A DNA stretch of 64,000 nucleotides from an uncultured delta proteobacterium (GTDB lineage: Bacteria > Myxococcota > B64-G9): the NCBI GenBank assembly GCA_963754925.1, contig CAVWHX010000004.1, positions 448,001 through 512,000 of the forward strand. Reading direction: 5' to 3'. Of this stretch, positions 1 through 11,646 are shown one piece after another. Positions within the stretch are counted from its first letter, which is position 1. Each line of letters opens with the position of its first letter. The notes under the pieces are model-generated. The model had not been told where the DNA came from and made no database searches. It saw nothing but the letters and a program-made list of their open reading frames with translations. Made by a program: the position numbers and the translations under genes.

Positions 1-251
1 CGTGCCTCGTCGGCTAAACGGTACGCTGACAACGCCGTCGAGGTAATGGTGGATACGCACACCAAATCAGCCTCACGCACCTTTGCCATGTCGATCGGAG
101 AAAGTTCCTCGATAACCACCGAAACATCGCATCCGCGCCGCGCCGCAATAGTGCCCAAGATCGGTAACCCAAGTCGCGGGAGGGGATACCGAGAAAAGAT
201 GTGCTTGCCCGGTGATCGCGGTTCGATCATGATGATTTTCTTTACTCTCAT
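1..251 (-). CDS. B12-binding radical SAM protein, paralog 2 (5' part only; runs off window)
   Basis: ATG at 251 after GGAGG. Hand translation MRVKKIIMIEPRSPGKHIFSRYPLPRLGLPILGT... matches the 342..1766 protein at 77/83 aa. Confidence 0.9.
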   Translation of the reverse strand, partial: MRVKKIIMIEPRSPGKHIFSRYPLPRLGLPILGTIAARRGCDVSVVIEELSPIDMAKVREADLVCVSTITSTALSAYRLADEA

Positions 252-264
252 ATCTCCTCCAAAA

Positions 265-282
265 AACCAACCGGTTGGTTAA
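265..282. promoter_or_regulatory. Candidate TetR operator (palindrome AACCAACCGGTTGGTT)
   Basis: Perfect 16-bp palindrome just upstream of the RBS. Shares AACC-N4-GGTTAA with sites at 1781 and 2704. Confidence 0.65.
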
Positions 283-341
283 CAATCATTGTTCACTCGA
301 AGGAATGCAGTCCGAGGGAACAGGTTGCCGGGACCGTCGTT

Positions 342-1766
342 TTAGGACCCAGCCATGGCAGGATCAAACTGCGATGAAGCCAAACTGTTGCGTAACGCCT
401 CCTCCAAGAGCTCGCGGTTTTCCTTGAGCCAACGGCGTACCTGGTGTGCGCCATAGCGATTGATGACCACGGCGCGCATATTCCCGCGCAGGAGGAATCC
501 GAGCCCGCGGCGAAGGGAGTACACCTTGCTGGTGGCTTTGGTGGCTTCATGCATTAAGGTGTAGGGAGACATGTTTTTGGAGCGAAAGACGGCGTGGTGG
601 GCATCGTAGAGCGACCAATCGCGGGTGAGGATGCGATCCTCGGCTTCCATTTCTTTAAAAACCGACGTGCCCGGCAAGGGAACCAGGATCAACAACTGGA
701 CTGAGTCGATGTGTTCTTTACAGATAAAGCGGGCCGTCTCGTGGATGGTCTGTACCGTGTCGGTATCGGCCCCGAGGATAAACATGCCGTGGACGTGCAT
801 ACCATACTTATGGAAGCGCCGGACCGCCAGGCGAATGTCGTCAACCACCTGCCGTTTATGGAGCAACGCCAAGGACTCGTTGTTGATTGATTCGAAACCC
901 ACAAAGACCGACCCGCACCCCGAGCGCTGCATTAAGGCAAGCATCTCCTCGTCCTGCGCCGCGCGCACCGAAACCTGCGCGCACCACGTGGGTAAGAACA
1001 CCTTACGGGTAAGCAGATAGTTGAGTAAGTTCTTGGTACGCGTAGGCGAGGCACAGAAATTGTCGTCATAGAAAAATACCCAATTACCTTTTCCACGATG
1101 GCTCTCGAGCTCCTCGGCCACGCGCTCATGAGAGGCGAAACGCATCTTGTGACCGAATATCGGCGTCACTGAGCAAAACTTGCAGTGGTGCGGACACCCG
1201 CGCGAGGTCTGCATCGGAATCACCCCACGGTAGAAGCGTCGGTTTTTCATCCCGGCTAGTAATGACATGTCCGGGATCGGCACTTCGTCGAGCAAGAGTG
1301 GTTTTGGATCAAGCGGATTATGCCGAACCTGGCCGTCGAGGTAAAAACTGAGCCCGGGAACATCCTCGGGCGAACCGACACCGTCGAGCATGTCCAAAAA
1401 GAGAGGGAAGCTTCGTTCCGCCTCGCCGCGGATGACATAGTCGGCATGCTGCAGCGCCTCATCCGGCAGAAACGTTACGTGGGGCCCCCCCGTCACGACC
1501 GTGACGCCGCACGCGCGCGCTTCGTCGGCCAACCGATACGTTGACAGCGCCGTCGAGGTGATGGTGGAGAGGCAGAGCAAATCGGCCTCACGGACCTTCG
1601 CCATGTCAATGGGTGCAAGCTCTTCGATAATTACCGAAACATCGCATCCGCGCCGCGCCGCAATAGTGCCGAGGATGGGCAACCCAAGCCGCGGAAGGGG
1701 ATACCGAGAATAGATGTGCTTGCCCGGCGACCGCGGTTCGATCATGATGATTTTTTTTACACGCAT
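342..1766 (-). CDS. Cobalamin-binding-domain radical SAM protein
   Basis: N-terminal B12-binding domain (GGPHVT, GEAE), radical SAM motif CPHHCKFC, DDNF and VGFES motifs. ATG at 1766 follows GGAGG. Confidence 0.9.
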   Translation of the reverse strand: MRVKKIIMIEPRSPGKHIYSRYPLPRLGLPILGTIAARRGCDVSVIIEELAPIDMAKVREADLLCLSTITSTALSTYRLADEARACGVTVVTGGPHVTFLPDEALQHADYVIRGEAERSFPLFLDMLDGVGSPEDVPGLSFYLDGQVRHNPLDPKPLLLDEVPIPDMSLLAGMKNRRFYRGVIPMQTSRGCPHHCKFCSVTPIFGHKMRFASHERVAEELESHRGKGNWVFFYDDNFCASPTRTKNLLNYLLTRKVFLPTWCAQVSVRAAQDEEMLALMQRSGCGSVFVGFESINNESLALLHKRQVVDDIRLAVRRFHKYGMHVHGMFILGADTDTVQTIHETARFICKEHIDSVQLLILVPLPGTSVFKEMEAEDRILTRDWSLYDAHHAVFRSKNMSPYTLMHEATKATSKVYSLRRGLGFLLRGNMRAVVINRYGAHQVRRWLKENRELLEEALRNSLASSQFDPAMAGS

Positions 1767-1778
1767 GTTTCCTCCAAA

Positions 1779-1796
1779 AACCAACCCATTGGTTAA
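1779..1796. promoter_or_regulatory. Candidate TetR operator (AACCAACCCATTGGTTAA)
   Basis: Imperfect palindrome at the same position relative to the RBS as the site at 265. Confidence 0.6.
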
Positions 1797-1802
1797 CAAT
1801 TA

Positions 1803-1859
1803 CCCCCCTTGCGGGGATAAGAGGCTGTAACGCTCACTTCGTTCGCTAACAGCCTCTAA
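1803..1859. repeat. ~53-bp REP-like double-hairpin repeat (family A)
   Basis: CCCC-N-GGGGATAAGAGGCTGTAACGCTCACTTCGTTCGCTAACAGCCTCTAA, with homologous copies at 46869 and 59061-59221. Confidence 0.85.
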
Positions 1860-2694
1860 GGTCTCTTGCACCCCAAACTATGAAACACGACATCTAACAT
1901 CATATCACGACGTTCTTTCAGCATTTTTTCGCTTAAAGGATCCTCGCCAAACATCATGCGGACAAACTCGGCATTCGAAAAATATCCCATTGTCATGTCA
2001 TAGATAGTGATCAGCAAATGGCGCGCGTTGATCTTTTGGAAGGCGCCTGCGCTGATACCAGCCCTGATGAACGTCACCCCACGGTCGAACAGCGGCTTAA
2101 AAATGTCTCCGCAAGCCGCGTGAGATACCTATCGTTGCTGCCTAATTCCATACTAGTCAAGCGTGAGAAGTTTTTGTGGGTGGCCACATAATCGAAAAAA
2201 CCAATCAAAAATCGTTCCAGTTGTTTTTGAAAAGACAGGTCATCGCGCACTGATTCTTGTTGTAATTTGATTAGATCAAAAAGGATCTTATCGAGTACCG
2301 CGTGATAGAGTTTCTCCTTGCTGTCGAAGTAGTAATGGATCATAGCCTTATTAACATTGGCCAGCGAAGCGATCTCTTGAGTATGCGCGCCCGCAAAACC
2401 CTTCTTGGCAAATACTGATTCAGCGGCGAAAATAATTCGCTCGCGCGGATCGCGGACACTCTTAAGCTTACGGATAAAGTCAGTTCCAAACTCCTTGGCG
2501 GCTGATTCCTCGAAAGCTTTCCTCTCCTTTTTGTCTCGCCGCGCGGTGCGGGCGGCTTCAGCCTGAACGTCTGCCAATAACGCCTCGGGAGACCAGTCGT
2601 TGTCTTCGATCTGCTCCTGCGGATTCCAGTCATTCGGATCGGCAGACCTATCCTGCGTCACAATAAGCTTAAGCCTGGGATCTTCTTCGGACAT
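1856..2694 (-). CDS. TetR/AcrR family regulator (one-base frameshift at A-run 2099-2103)
   Basis: HTH FAKKGFAGAHTQEIASLANVNKAMIHYYFDSKEKL. Adding one T to the T5 run joins ORFs 2074..2694 and 1856..2077 (ETFFKPLFDRGVTFIRAG). Confidence 0.85.
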
Positions 2695-2701
2695 GCAAAC
2701 G

Positions 2702-2730
2702 AGTTAACCGCATGGTTAATTTTCTGTCAA
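2702..2730 (-). promoter_or_regulatory. sigma70-like promoter of tetR overlapped by operator TTAACCGCATGGTTAA (2704-2719)
   Basis: TTGACA on minus strand (2725-2730), 17-nt spacer, weak -10 TTAACT, ATG 7 nt later with no SD. Confidence 0.55.
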
Positions 2731-2784
2731 GAAAAAAGGGGGTATTGATAATCAAATTAGTTGAATATAGCCTCTGCAAAAAAA

Positions 2785-4197
2785 TTATGCTTTTTTTATG
2801 CCGAGTTGCTTGATTTTTTTGTGAAGATTAGTGCGTTCGATGCCCAACGCTTCTGCAGTTCGAGTAATATTCCAACTATACTCCCTCAGTTTAGCTTGAA
2901 CATAATCGCGTTCGATCTCATCCCGAAGCTCTTTTAAACTCATTCCATTAAACTGTTTGACTTCAATGGCTGCCTCCCCGCTATCGATATAGTCGGGAAC
3001 ATTCTCGGGAGTAATGCGCTCGCCGCTCATGATCACCATACGTTCGGTGACATTCTTGAGCTCGCGCACATTCCCGGGCCAATGATAGCGGCGCAGTTTT
3101 AAAATGACACCAGGTTCGAGCTCCTTGTGACGAAAACCGTTTTCAGCGCAAAATTCTTCAACAAACTTGGCCACCAATAAGGGAACGTCATCGAGGTGCT
3201 CCCGCAATGCGGGACAGCGCAGCGGCACCACATTGAGTCGAAAGTACAGATCGTCGCGGAACGTCCCCGCGGCCACGGCGCTGGAAAGATCTTTGTTAGT
3301 GGCGGCGATCACCCGCACATCCACCTGTATCGTGCGCTCACCGCCAACGTGCGTCAGCTCACCGGTCTGTAGTACGCGGAGTACTTTAGCTTGGGCGTTT
3401 TGGCTCATGTCGCCAATCTCGTCAAGAAACAGCGTCCCGCCGTTCGCCAATTCGAACTGACCCTTCTTCCGGCCGGTTGCGCCAGTGAAGGCGCCGCGTT
3501 CGTAGCCGAACAACTCACTTTCGATCAGCTCGGCAGGAATAGCCGCGCAGTTGACCTTAACGAAGGGTCGATCAGTCCGCTTGGAAAGTTTATGGATGGC
3601 GCGCGCCACCAATTCCTTGCCGGTACCGCTCTCGCCGGTGATCAGCACCCGCCCGTTGGTCGGGGCGACCTTCCGTATCTCATCAAATAAATGAATTATA
3701 GACGGGCTCTGCCCAATGAGCTGGTAGCGTTCCTCGATCTGGTCTTGCAGCGTGCTGAGTTGTTTGGCGAGCCTGACCTTTTCCAAGCAATTATGAACCG
3801 AAAGCAACACCCGATCGCGATCGAGCGGCTTTTCAAGCACATCATAGGCGCCCAAACGGGTGGCCTCGACCGCGTCATGAATGGTGGCGTGCCCCGAGAT
3901 CATGATCACCTCGACCGCTGGCCAGTCCTTGCGAACACGACCGAGGAGTTCCATCCCATCCATACCCGGCAGCTTGATATCGAGCAACAGCACGTCGGAG
4001 GCATCCTCCTGCATTATGCGCAACGCTTCCTCGGCTGAGCCACAATCGCTGACGTTGAGGTTTTCACCTTCAAGAATCATTCGCAGGGTACGACGGATAT
4101 TCTTTTCATCATCGACAATCAGCAGCTTGGCGTCCAACGGATTTACTGACTCCACGTCGTTTCCTCCTCGTAAGATTCCCGCTGCGTTCTCTATCAC
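2785..4197 (-). CDS. sigma54-dependent response regulator (NtrX/NtrC family)
   Basis: REC domain (IVDDE, LLDIKLPG), AAA+ domain GESGTGKE and GAFTGA, Fis-type HTH. Confidence 0.92.
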   Translation of the reverse strand: MIENAAGILRGGNDVESVNPLDAKLLIVDDEKNIRRTLRMILEGENLNVSDCGSAEEALRIMQEDASDVLLLDIKLPGMDGMELLGRVRKDWPAVEVIMISGHATIHDAVEATRLGAYDVLEKPLDRDRVLLSVHNCLEKVRLAKQLSTLQDQIEERYQLIGQSPSIIHLFDEIRKVAPTNGRVLITGESGTGKELVARAIHKLSKRTDRPFVKVNCAAIPAELIESELFGYERGAFTGATGRKKGQFELANGGTLFLDEIGDMSQNAQAKVLRVLQTGELTHVGGERTIQVDVRVIAATNKDLSSAVAAGTFRDDLYFRLNVVPLRCPALREHLDDVPLLVAKFVEEFCAENGFRHKELEPGVILKLRRYHWPGNVRELKNVTERMVIMSGERITPENVPDYIDSGEAAIEVKQFNGMSLKELRDEIERDYVQAKLREYSWNITRTAEALGIERTNLHKKIKQLGIKKA

Positions 4198-5673
4198 GCG
4201 GCTTGGCTCCGCAGGCGGATGATAAAAACCGTCCCGCGTTGTTCGCCGTCGGCAACCGAAATTTCGCCGCCGTGCTGCAAGATAATCTTTTTCACAATCG
4301 CCAGTCCCAGTCCAGTGCCGGTCGCCTTGGTGGTGAAATATGGCTGAAAGATGCGCTCGCGCGCCTCGGGCGACAATCCGCGTCCGTGGTCAATGACGCT
4401 CAGGGTTCCGAAGCCGTGCTCATCACCAATCTCGATGCGCACGCGGTCGTGCTCGTCGCTCGCTTCCAGCGCGTTGCTGACCAAGTTGATGAGCACTCGA
4501 CTCAGTTAACGCCCGGTCAAGTTCCACCCGCACCGGTTGGTAATAGGGCTCAAACTCAACGCGCTCAGAAAGCTGCGGGTTATGCTTAAGAAACTCGGCC
4601 ACAAAACTGTTGAGTTCCCCGGGCGTGGGAGCGGCGGCAGGCATCCTGGCGAATTCGGAGAACGTTTCCACCATCCGTCGAAGCGCTCCGACCTCATCCT
4701 CGACGATTTCCAACGCATCTTTGAGCTTGCCGACAAAGACCGGATCGTCGCCACGGTAGGAGCGGTGCAGCTCTTGGATAACCAGCTGGATCGGTGTCAG
4801 GGGATTTTTTATCTCATGCGCCAAGCGCCGTGCGATCTCTTGCCAGGATGATACCTTCTCAAGGTAGACGATGCGATCGCGGCTGCGCTGGATCTCATCC
4901 AACATGCTGTTGAAAGATTGGGCCAGCAATTCGATTTCATCGCTGCCTCTGGTCGGCACCCGCACCGCCAGGTTGCCCGCGCCAGCCTGCCTCGTGGCTT
5001 TCGCGAGGGCGTTGACTCGTTTGGTAACGCTGCGGGAGAGCCAAACACCGAGTACCACCGCCGCCACCAAGATCCAAATATAGATGAATAAAAATTTTCG
5101 ATAGTAACCGATCTTGAGCGGTTGTAAGTTGGCCTCAAGCGTATCAACGGTCTGCACCAGGTCGCGCAGTTTGTCAGATTTCTCCAGAAATTCGCTTGAA
5201 ATGCCGAAGGTCAGCTCCAGAAGATAGCCTGGCACGATAGGCCAGCGATCGGTTTTGAACTTCCATGCCTTCTCCGTAGGTTCCGTCGGGTTATGGGCCT
5301 GTGCAAAGGGCGTGTCTGCCCCGATAAGCACCCGCGCCTGGGATATCCAAGGATTGTCTGTTAGCAACTCCTGCAGCCGCTCCCTCACGAGCGTCTCCTG
5401 TCCCCCGCCTACCTCACGCTGAAAAGCGGGATCGCGAACAAGGGCCTGACCCTGGAGGCGAGCGATGCGCATGCGCGATTCAATCGCTTCTTTATACAAG
5501 TCCACCTCATCACGCAGGGCGGTGAGGACCCGCTGGTTGATCCCGATCGCCATGCTTTCCTCCACCAAACGGCCAATCATGAGCAGCGTGAAAATCAGCG
5601 GTGCGGCGGCCGTCACAAGCAGCGCCAGAATGATCTTCCACTCAAAGGTGCCTATCCGCCGCAAGGGGAACAT
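4194..5673 (-). CDS. NtrY-like HAMP sensor histidine kinase (one extra base at ~4506)
   Basis: Two TMs, HAMP, H-box RRLAHEIKNPL. Removing one base gives DRALLSRVLINLVSNALEA and joins the HATPase domain (DHGRG, GTGLGL). Confidence 0.88.
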
Positions 5674-5699
5674 CTCGGAATCATTCCTTCCTAGGTCTA

Positions 5700-6515
5700 C
5701 TAACGCACGATGAAATCAGGCGATCGATAAGTGACGACCGCATCCGCTTGAAAGTTCTTCCAGTTGACAAAGGTTGGAGCAAAAAAAGTCGTCTTTTCCC
5801 GCGTCGGTCCGTCGGGGTTAGCCAAATACTCGTTTACTTTACCCATCCGCTCGCCCGAAATAGGATTGATCTCGACCCGCACGTACGCAATGAGCTTCAC
5901 GTCCGGCTGTGGCTCAGATTGCCACTTCAGCGGCAGGTGGCGCAAGGAACCACAGATATTGATAAGCTTTGTCAAGCTCGAAAGTTGATAGGTATTTCGA
6001 GAATTCATTGTGCGATCCATCACCCGATACTGCGCCATAAATTTCTCAAACGAGGAAGGCTCAGATGCCGTTTCAGGCCAGAGCTCCCATACTCCATAGA
6101 ACTCGTCCCAAATATTATAAATAATGATGTATTCGGCGATCCCTTGTGCAACCGTTGATCCATCTTTTGCCGAGACCAGGTGCACGCCGATAAGGATTCG
6201 ATTGGTAAACCCGCTTGAAAGTTTCTCACGCAGCTTTTTAGTAAATATTTCGGGAAAGGTAACACTGAGCTCCAGTTTGCCGTTGACTTTGGTTATCTCC
6301 ATGGGACGTTCGACTATTTTCTTGTCGTCCGTTAGGCCCACAGCACCATGGAGCAGGGCTAACAACACATACATCAAACCGATACAGCCAATCCAACGTC
6401 CCCCTCTCCATCGGATCATTGCGCCTGGGTTCAACCCAAAGAGCTTGTTGGGGCATTTCGGACTCACATACAAACCCGCCTCCATCGCAACCGGTGCCTG
6501 TTTCGTATGATGCAA
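5700..6515 (-). CDS. Exported protein, DUF4390-like (start uncertain)
   Basis: Hydrophobic N-terminal segment, LSSGFTNRI and IYNIWDEFY motifs, position directly upstream of an NtrY-like kinase. Confidence 0.55.
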   Translation of the reverse strand: MHHTKQAPVAMEAGLYVSPKCPNKLFGLNPGAMIRWRGGRWIGCIGLMYVLLALLHGAVGLTDDKKIVERPMEITKVNGKLELSVTFPEIFTKKLREKLSSGFTNRILIGVHLVSAKDGSTVAQGIAEYIIIYNIWDEFYGVWELWPETASEPSSFEKFMAQYRVMDRTMNSRNTYQLSSLTKLINICGSLRHLPLKWQSEPQPDVKLIAYVRVEINPISGERMGKVNEYLANPDGPTREKTTFFAPTFVNWKNFQADAVVTYRSPDFIVR

Positions 6516-6525
6516 AGGAACCCAG

Positions 6526-7920
6526 CTAAAAAATCATATCGAGCAAGTATCCGATCGATAGCGTGAACAACCCTATCGCCGTATCAAACTTAAGACCGAA
6601 ATCCATCGTTGCCGGCAGCTTGGTCCGGCCGCTCCAGTTTTTCTCACTGGGGATGTCCACCACCGTGAAATTCGCTGCCCCATAGACATAGCCGCGGTAG
6701 AAAAACTTGCCGTTAGACCACAGCGGAATGTCGTACTCAACATTGATCGACAACAAAGAATCGCCATAGTAATTGGTATCAGAGTAATTGAGCTCCAGGT
6801 TTCGCGGCAGCGATGGTTTATCAAACCAAAATAACGCATAGTCTCCGACAAAGAAGCGGCTGAAAAACGGGCTGCCGATGCTATCATTGACGTTCTGGAT
6901 TATTCCGCCCGCTGCCGATATTCTTACGGCGTGGTCGAGAAAGGCAGGAAACGATTGCTCATATTTGACCATATACTTTGAATACTGGTAGTCGCTCCCA
7001 ATGATTTTCGAAGCAAACTCGATGCTCAACAAAAGACGCATGCCACGCTTAGGCAAAAAGAAATCGTCGCGGGTATCATGTTCAAAACGGAGGCACAACG
7101 ATGACAACGTGCTTTGCCCGAAGTAAATTTCGTCTTCAATTGGATTATTCTTACCACTGGTATCACCGAGTATCTCGGCTTCAATGTGCTCGGCTCGAGC
7201 TTCGATAACAATGCGATCATAGCGACCCAGCTTTAGTCCCACATCCATCATACCGCCTATCCGCTTATAGGGTATTTCCCAATCAACTGCACCGTGATCA
7301 AGTGCGCGCTCGCGGCCGTTATTGAATAATAGTTGAGCTCCTATTTGCAACCCCGTGTTAAAAACCGACGGCCAGAACACGCCGAGCCGATACCCTTGCT
7401 GGTATTGAGATGCAACGAATGCGCCGGAAAGCACCAGTCCGCGCCCGACGAAATTAATGTCCGAGAATCCCGCCCCGGCCCAGAATGGGTTGGTATCACT
7501 CCAACCATAAAAGAGATTGTCAACAATGATGGTGTTGCGCTCTTCGACCTCTACCACCAGCTTTACCCGCCCGCGCTTGGTTCCACGCTCAAGGCGCATA
7601 CGTACGTCTTTAAAGTAACCACGCGCGAGTAGGTGTATGCGGCTGAGCTCGACTTTTTCCTCATCAAGCACCTCACCGGGCTTGATCTGCAAATACGAAA
7701 GGATCAAGTCCCCGTGCGTTTTGGTGTTGCCGGTAACCGCGATTGACTCAACGATGTAGATCGGCTTAAGCGGATCTTGCAGCTCAATCGTGTTATTGTC
7801 TTTCGAAGGAACCTCGGGTGTTGCTTCCTCGGCCCGGATAGAAGGCATCCAGAGTAACCCAACGAGCCAGGTCATCAACACTACTGAATGACCACTAGGG
7901 CACCAACATGAGTCTCTCAC
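6526..7920 (-). CDS. Omp85/BamA-TamA family outer membrane protein with one POTRA domain
   Basis: Signal peptide, POTRA (IAVTGNTKT...GYFKDV...VEVEER), NFVGRG barrel start, DTRDD motif, terminal Phe. Confidence 0.85.
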   Translation of the reverse strand: MRDSCWCPSGHSVVLMTWLVGLLWMPSIRAEEATPEVPSKDNNTIELQDPLKPIYIVESIAVTGNTKTHGDLILSYLQIKPGEVLDEEKVELSRIHLLARGYFKDVRMRLERGTKRGRVKLVVEVEERNTIIVDNLFYGWSDTNPFWAGAGFSDINFVGRGLVLSGAFVASQYQQGYRLGVFWPSVFNTGLQIGAQLLFNNGRERALDHGAVDWEIPYKRIGGMMDVGLKLGRYDRIVIEARAEHIEAEILGDTSGKNNPIEDEIYFGQSTLSSLCLRFEHDTRDDFFLPKRGMRLLLSIEFASKIIGSDYQYSKYMVKYEQSFPAFLDHAVRISAAGGIIQNVNDSIGSPFFSRFFVGDYALFWFDKPSLPRNLELNYSDTNYYGDSLLSINVEYDIPLWSNGKFFYRGYVYGAANFTVVDIPSEKNWSGRTKLPATMDFGLKFDTAIGLFTLSIGYLLDMIF

Positions 7921-8043
7921 TGGCTCCTCCGTCGTGGATTTCGGTTCTTAACAATTTTCTGATCGAGAAACTGACCTTAAGCCGGTAGTCAGATTCAACC
8001 GTCTTTGCTACCATCCGCCCGTACTAAGCTCTTAATATGATTA

Positions 8044-8871
8044 TTAATAAGGTATTAGGAAGCCGCCCAGGAGCAACCCGGCGACGACCGCGCCCAGAAG
8101 TATCCGGTACACAACGAAACCGAGCGTTGAGCGCTTTTGTAAGAGGCGCATCAAAAAACCGATGGCAAGATAGCCGCTGACCCCTGCGGTCAAAATCCCC
8201 AGCAACAGCTCCGCACCGTTGGTTTCACCGAAGCCGTGCTTGATCAACCCAAGCAACTCAAACAGTCCGCTGGCGGCAATCGCCGGCACCGAAAGGAGAA
8301 AACTTACCCGTGCCGCATCCGGCCGATTGAGCCCGATGAACAGGCCGGCGCTGAGGGTAACCCCACTGCGAGAGGCTCCCGGTAGAAGCGCCAGCGCCTG
8401 CAATATACCAATGAACAAGCCGTCACGAAGCCCCAGGTCGTCAAGGGTCCTCTGGCGTCGCCCCACCCATTCGGCCACAGCCAGCACGAGGGCAAAGATA
8501 ACCACTGCGCCGGTCACCACCCACAATGAACGGAGGCTCGTTTCGATTTGGTTTTGGAAAATCACCCCGAATACTCCCACGGGGATTGTTCCTACCACCA
8601 GGATCCAGGCTAGGCGCACCTCAGAATCCGCGTAAGGTTTTTTACCAGCCAAAAAGAGAAAAAAAGCACCTACCAGATCGACGAGTTGTCGCCAGAAGTA
8701 AACGACCACTGCCGCCAATGTTCCTAAGTGTACGACCGCCGACAGGGCCGCGCCGGGATCGCCCCACCCCAGCAAAGCCGGAACGATCCGCAGGTGAGCG
8801 GTTGATGAAACCGGCAGGAATTCCGTCAATCCCTGCACCAGACCGAGTATGAAACTTTGTAAAAAACCCAT
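8044..8871 (-). CDS. uppP: Undecaprenyl-diphosphate phosphatase
   Basis: GLVQGLTEFLPVSSTAH and PGASRSG motifs. Confidence 0.95.
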   Translation of the reverse strand: MGFLQSFILGLVQGLTEFLPVSSTAHLRIVPALLGWGDPGAALSAVVHLGTLAAVVVYFWRQLVDLVGAFFLFLAGKKPYADSEVRLAWILVVGTIPVGVFGVIFQNQIETSLRSLWVVTGAVVIFALVLAVAEWVGRRQRTLDDLGLRDGLFIGILQALALLPGASRSGVTLSAGLFIGLNRPDAARVSFLLSVPAIAASGLFELLGLIKHGFGETNGAELLLGILTAGVSGYLAIGFLMRLLQKRSTLGFVVYRILLGAVVAGLLLGGFLIPY

Positions 8872-8895
8872 GATATGATCCCAGTTAAAGGTATG

Positions 8896-9034
8896 CGAAG
8901 GGTGACGGCGGAGGCGAGTCCTCTTTCGCCTGCCCGGAGCAGTCCACTGAAACCACCACCGAGTTGTTTTCGACGCGAACCCAAAGCATCACCACGCGAG
9001 GACAGCCGAAAGAGTGCCGTAGCCGGCAGGACCC
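8896..9034 (-). repeat. Bipartite long-hairpin element (family B), copy 1
   Basis: Conserved 38-nt and 41-nt end blocks each match 46738-46983 with 2 mismatches. The two blocks are mutually complementary. Confidence 0.8.
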
Positions 9035-9079
9035 TGAGCACGCCAATCAAGCTCGATCTCTTTTTGCCTTATTAGTATA

Positions 9080-10372
<1,293 letters not shown>

Positions 10373-10377
10373 TCAGC

Positions 10378-11547
10378 CTATATTTTCGCATCGGCTTTAA
10401 GGACTTCGACCTTGTCCGTCTTCTCCCAGGTAAAGGTGGGTTCTGACCGACCGAAATGCCCTCCCGAAGCAGTCAGCTGAAAGATCGGTTTGAGCAAATC
10501 AAGATGACGAATGATAGCGGCTGGTTTGAGTGGGAAATGGCGGCGCACCAGCTCCTCGATCGTGCTATCGGGAATCTTACCGGTCCCAAAGGTATTGACC
10601 ATCAATGAGACCGGTTCGGCGACGCCGATGGCATACGCGATTTGCACTTCGACCTGTTCGGCCAGACCGGCGGCCACGATGTTTTTGGCGGCATACCGCA
10701 TGGCGTACGCCGCGGAGCGGTCCACCTTGCTGGGGTCTTTTCCTGAAAATGCCCCGCCACCGTGGCGCGACCAACCGCCGTATGTGTCGACGATGATCTT
10801 CCGCCCCGTGAGCCCGCAGTCGCCATAGGGACCGCCAATCACAAAACGTCCGGTCGGGTTGACATGAAAGACCGTGTTGTTACGCAACATATCGTTGGGA
10901 ATGACCGGCTTGATGATGGTTTCGATCACCGCCTCGCGCAACTTTTTGTAGTCGACATCCGGGTCGTGCTGGGTCGAAACCACTACATTGGAGATGTGCG
11001 CAGGCCGTCCGTCCTGGTATACAACGCTCACCTGGCTTTTACCGTCGGGACGTAAAAAATCCAGCCCGCCGGTATGGCGAACTTCGGCTAGGCGGCGGGT
11101 CAGTTTGTGGGCCAACGAGATGGGAGTTGGCATAAACTCGGCGGTTTCATTAGTGGCGAAGCCAAACATCATGCCCTGGTCGCCGGCCCCTTGCTCCTTG
11201 CTTTGGCTGGTCTCTGCGGTAACACCCTGGGAAATATCCAGAGACTGGCGATCAATTGAGGCAAGCACCGCGCAGGTCTCCCAGTCAAAACCAATGCTGG
11301 AATCATCGTAACCGATGCGGCGGATAACCTCGCGGGCGATATCCGGCATGTGGACGTAGGTGGTGGTTGTTATTTCACCCGCTATTATTACCATGGCATT
11401 TTTCACCAACGTTTCACACGCCACGCGGGCCTTGGGATCATCGCGAATCAACGCATCCAGGACGGCGTCTGAAATCTGATCAGCAATCTTGTCGGGGTGG
11501 CCCTCGGTTACCGATTCCGACGTAAACACAAAATTTTTACCCTTCAT
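10378..11547 (-). CDS. metK: S-adenosylmethionine synthetase
   Basis: [31 protein letters not shown] at 11547 after GGAGGAG. Confidence 0.97.
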   Translation of the reverse strand: MKGKNFVFTSESVTEGHPDKIADQISDAVLDALIRDDPKARVACETLVKNAMVIIAGEITTTTYVHMPDIAREVIRRIGYDDSSIGFDWETCAVLASIDRQSLDISQGVTAETSQSKEQGAGDQGMMFGFATNETAEFMPTPISLAHKLTRRLAEVRHTGGLDFLRPDGKSQVSVVYQDGRPAHISNVVVSTQHDPDVDYKKLREAVIETIIKPVIPNDMLRNNTVFHVNPTGRFVIGGPYGDCGLTGRKIIVDTYGGWSRHGGGAFSGKDPSKVDRSAAYAMRYAAKNIVAAGLAEQVEVQIAYAIGVAEPVSLMVNTFGTGKIPDSTIEELVRRHFPLKPAAIIRHLDLLKPIFQLTASGGHFGRSEPTFTWEKTDKVEVLKADAKI

Positions 11548-11591
11548 TCGGTGCTCCTCCGTGAAGTCCTTGTGGACAAAGATTGTCGGCA

Positions 11592-11620
11592 CTATGGTAC
11601 AAGCAAAAAGATCTTGTCAA
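11592..11620 (-). promoter_or_regulatory. sigma70-like promoter of metK-ahcY
   Basis: TTGACA-17 nt-CATAGT on the minus strand. Confidence 0.5.
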
Positions 11621-11646
11621 CAAAAACCATAGGAGGAAGGGGGTGG

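Noticed and set aside
11548..11646. SAM/SAH riboswitch upstream of metK or ahcY
   Set aside because: The leaders are short and I see no recognisable aptamer motifs. An Rfam scan would settle it.
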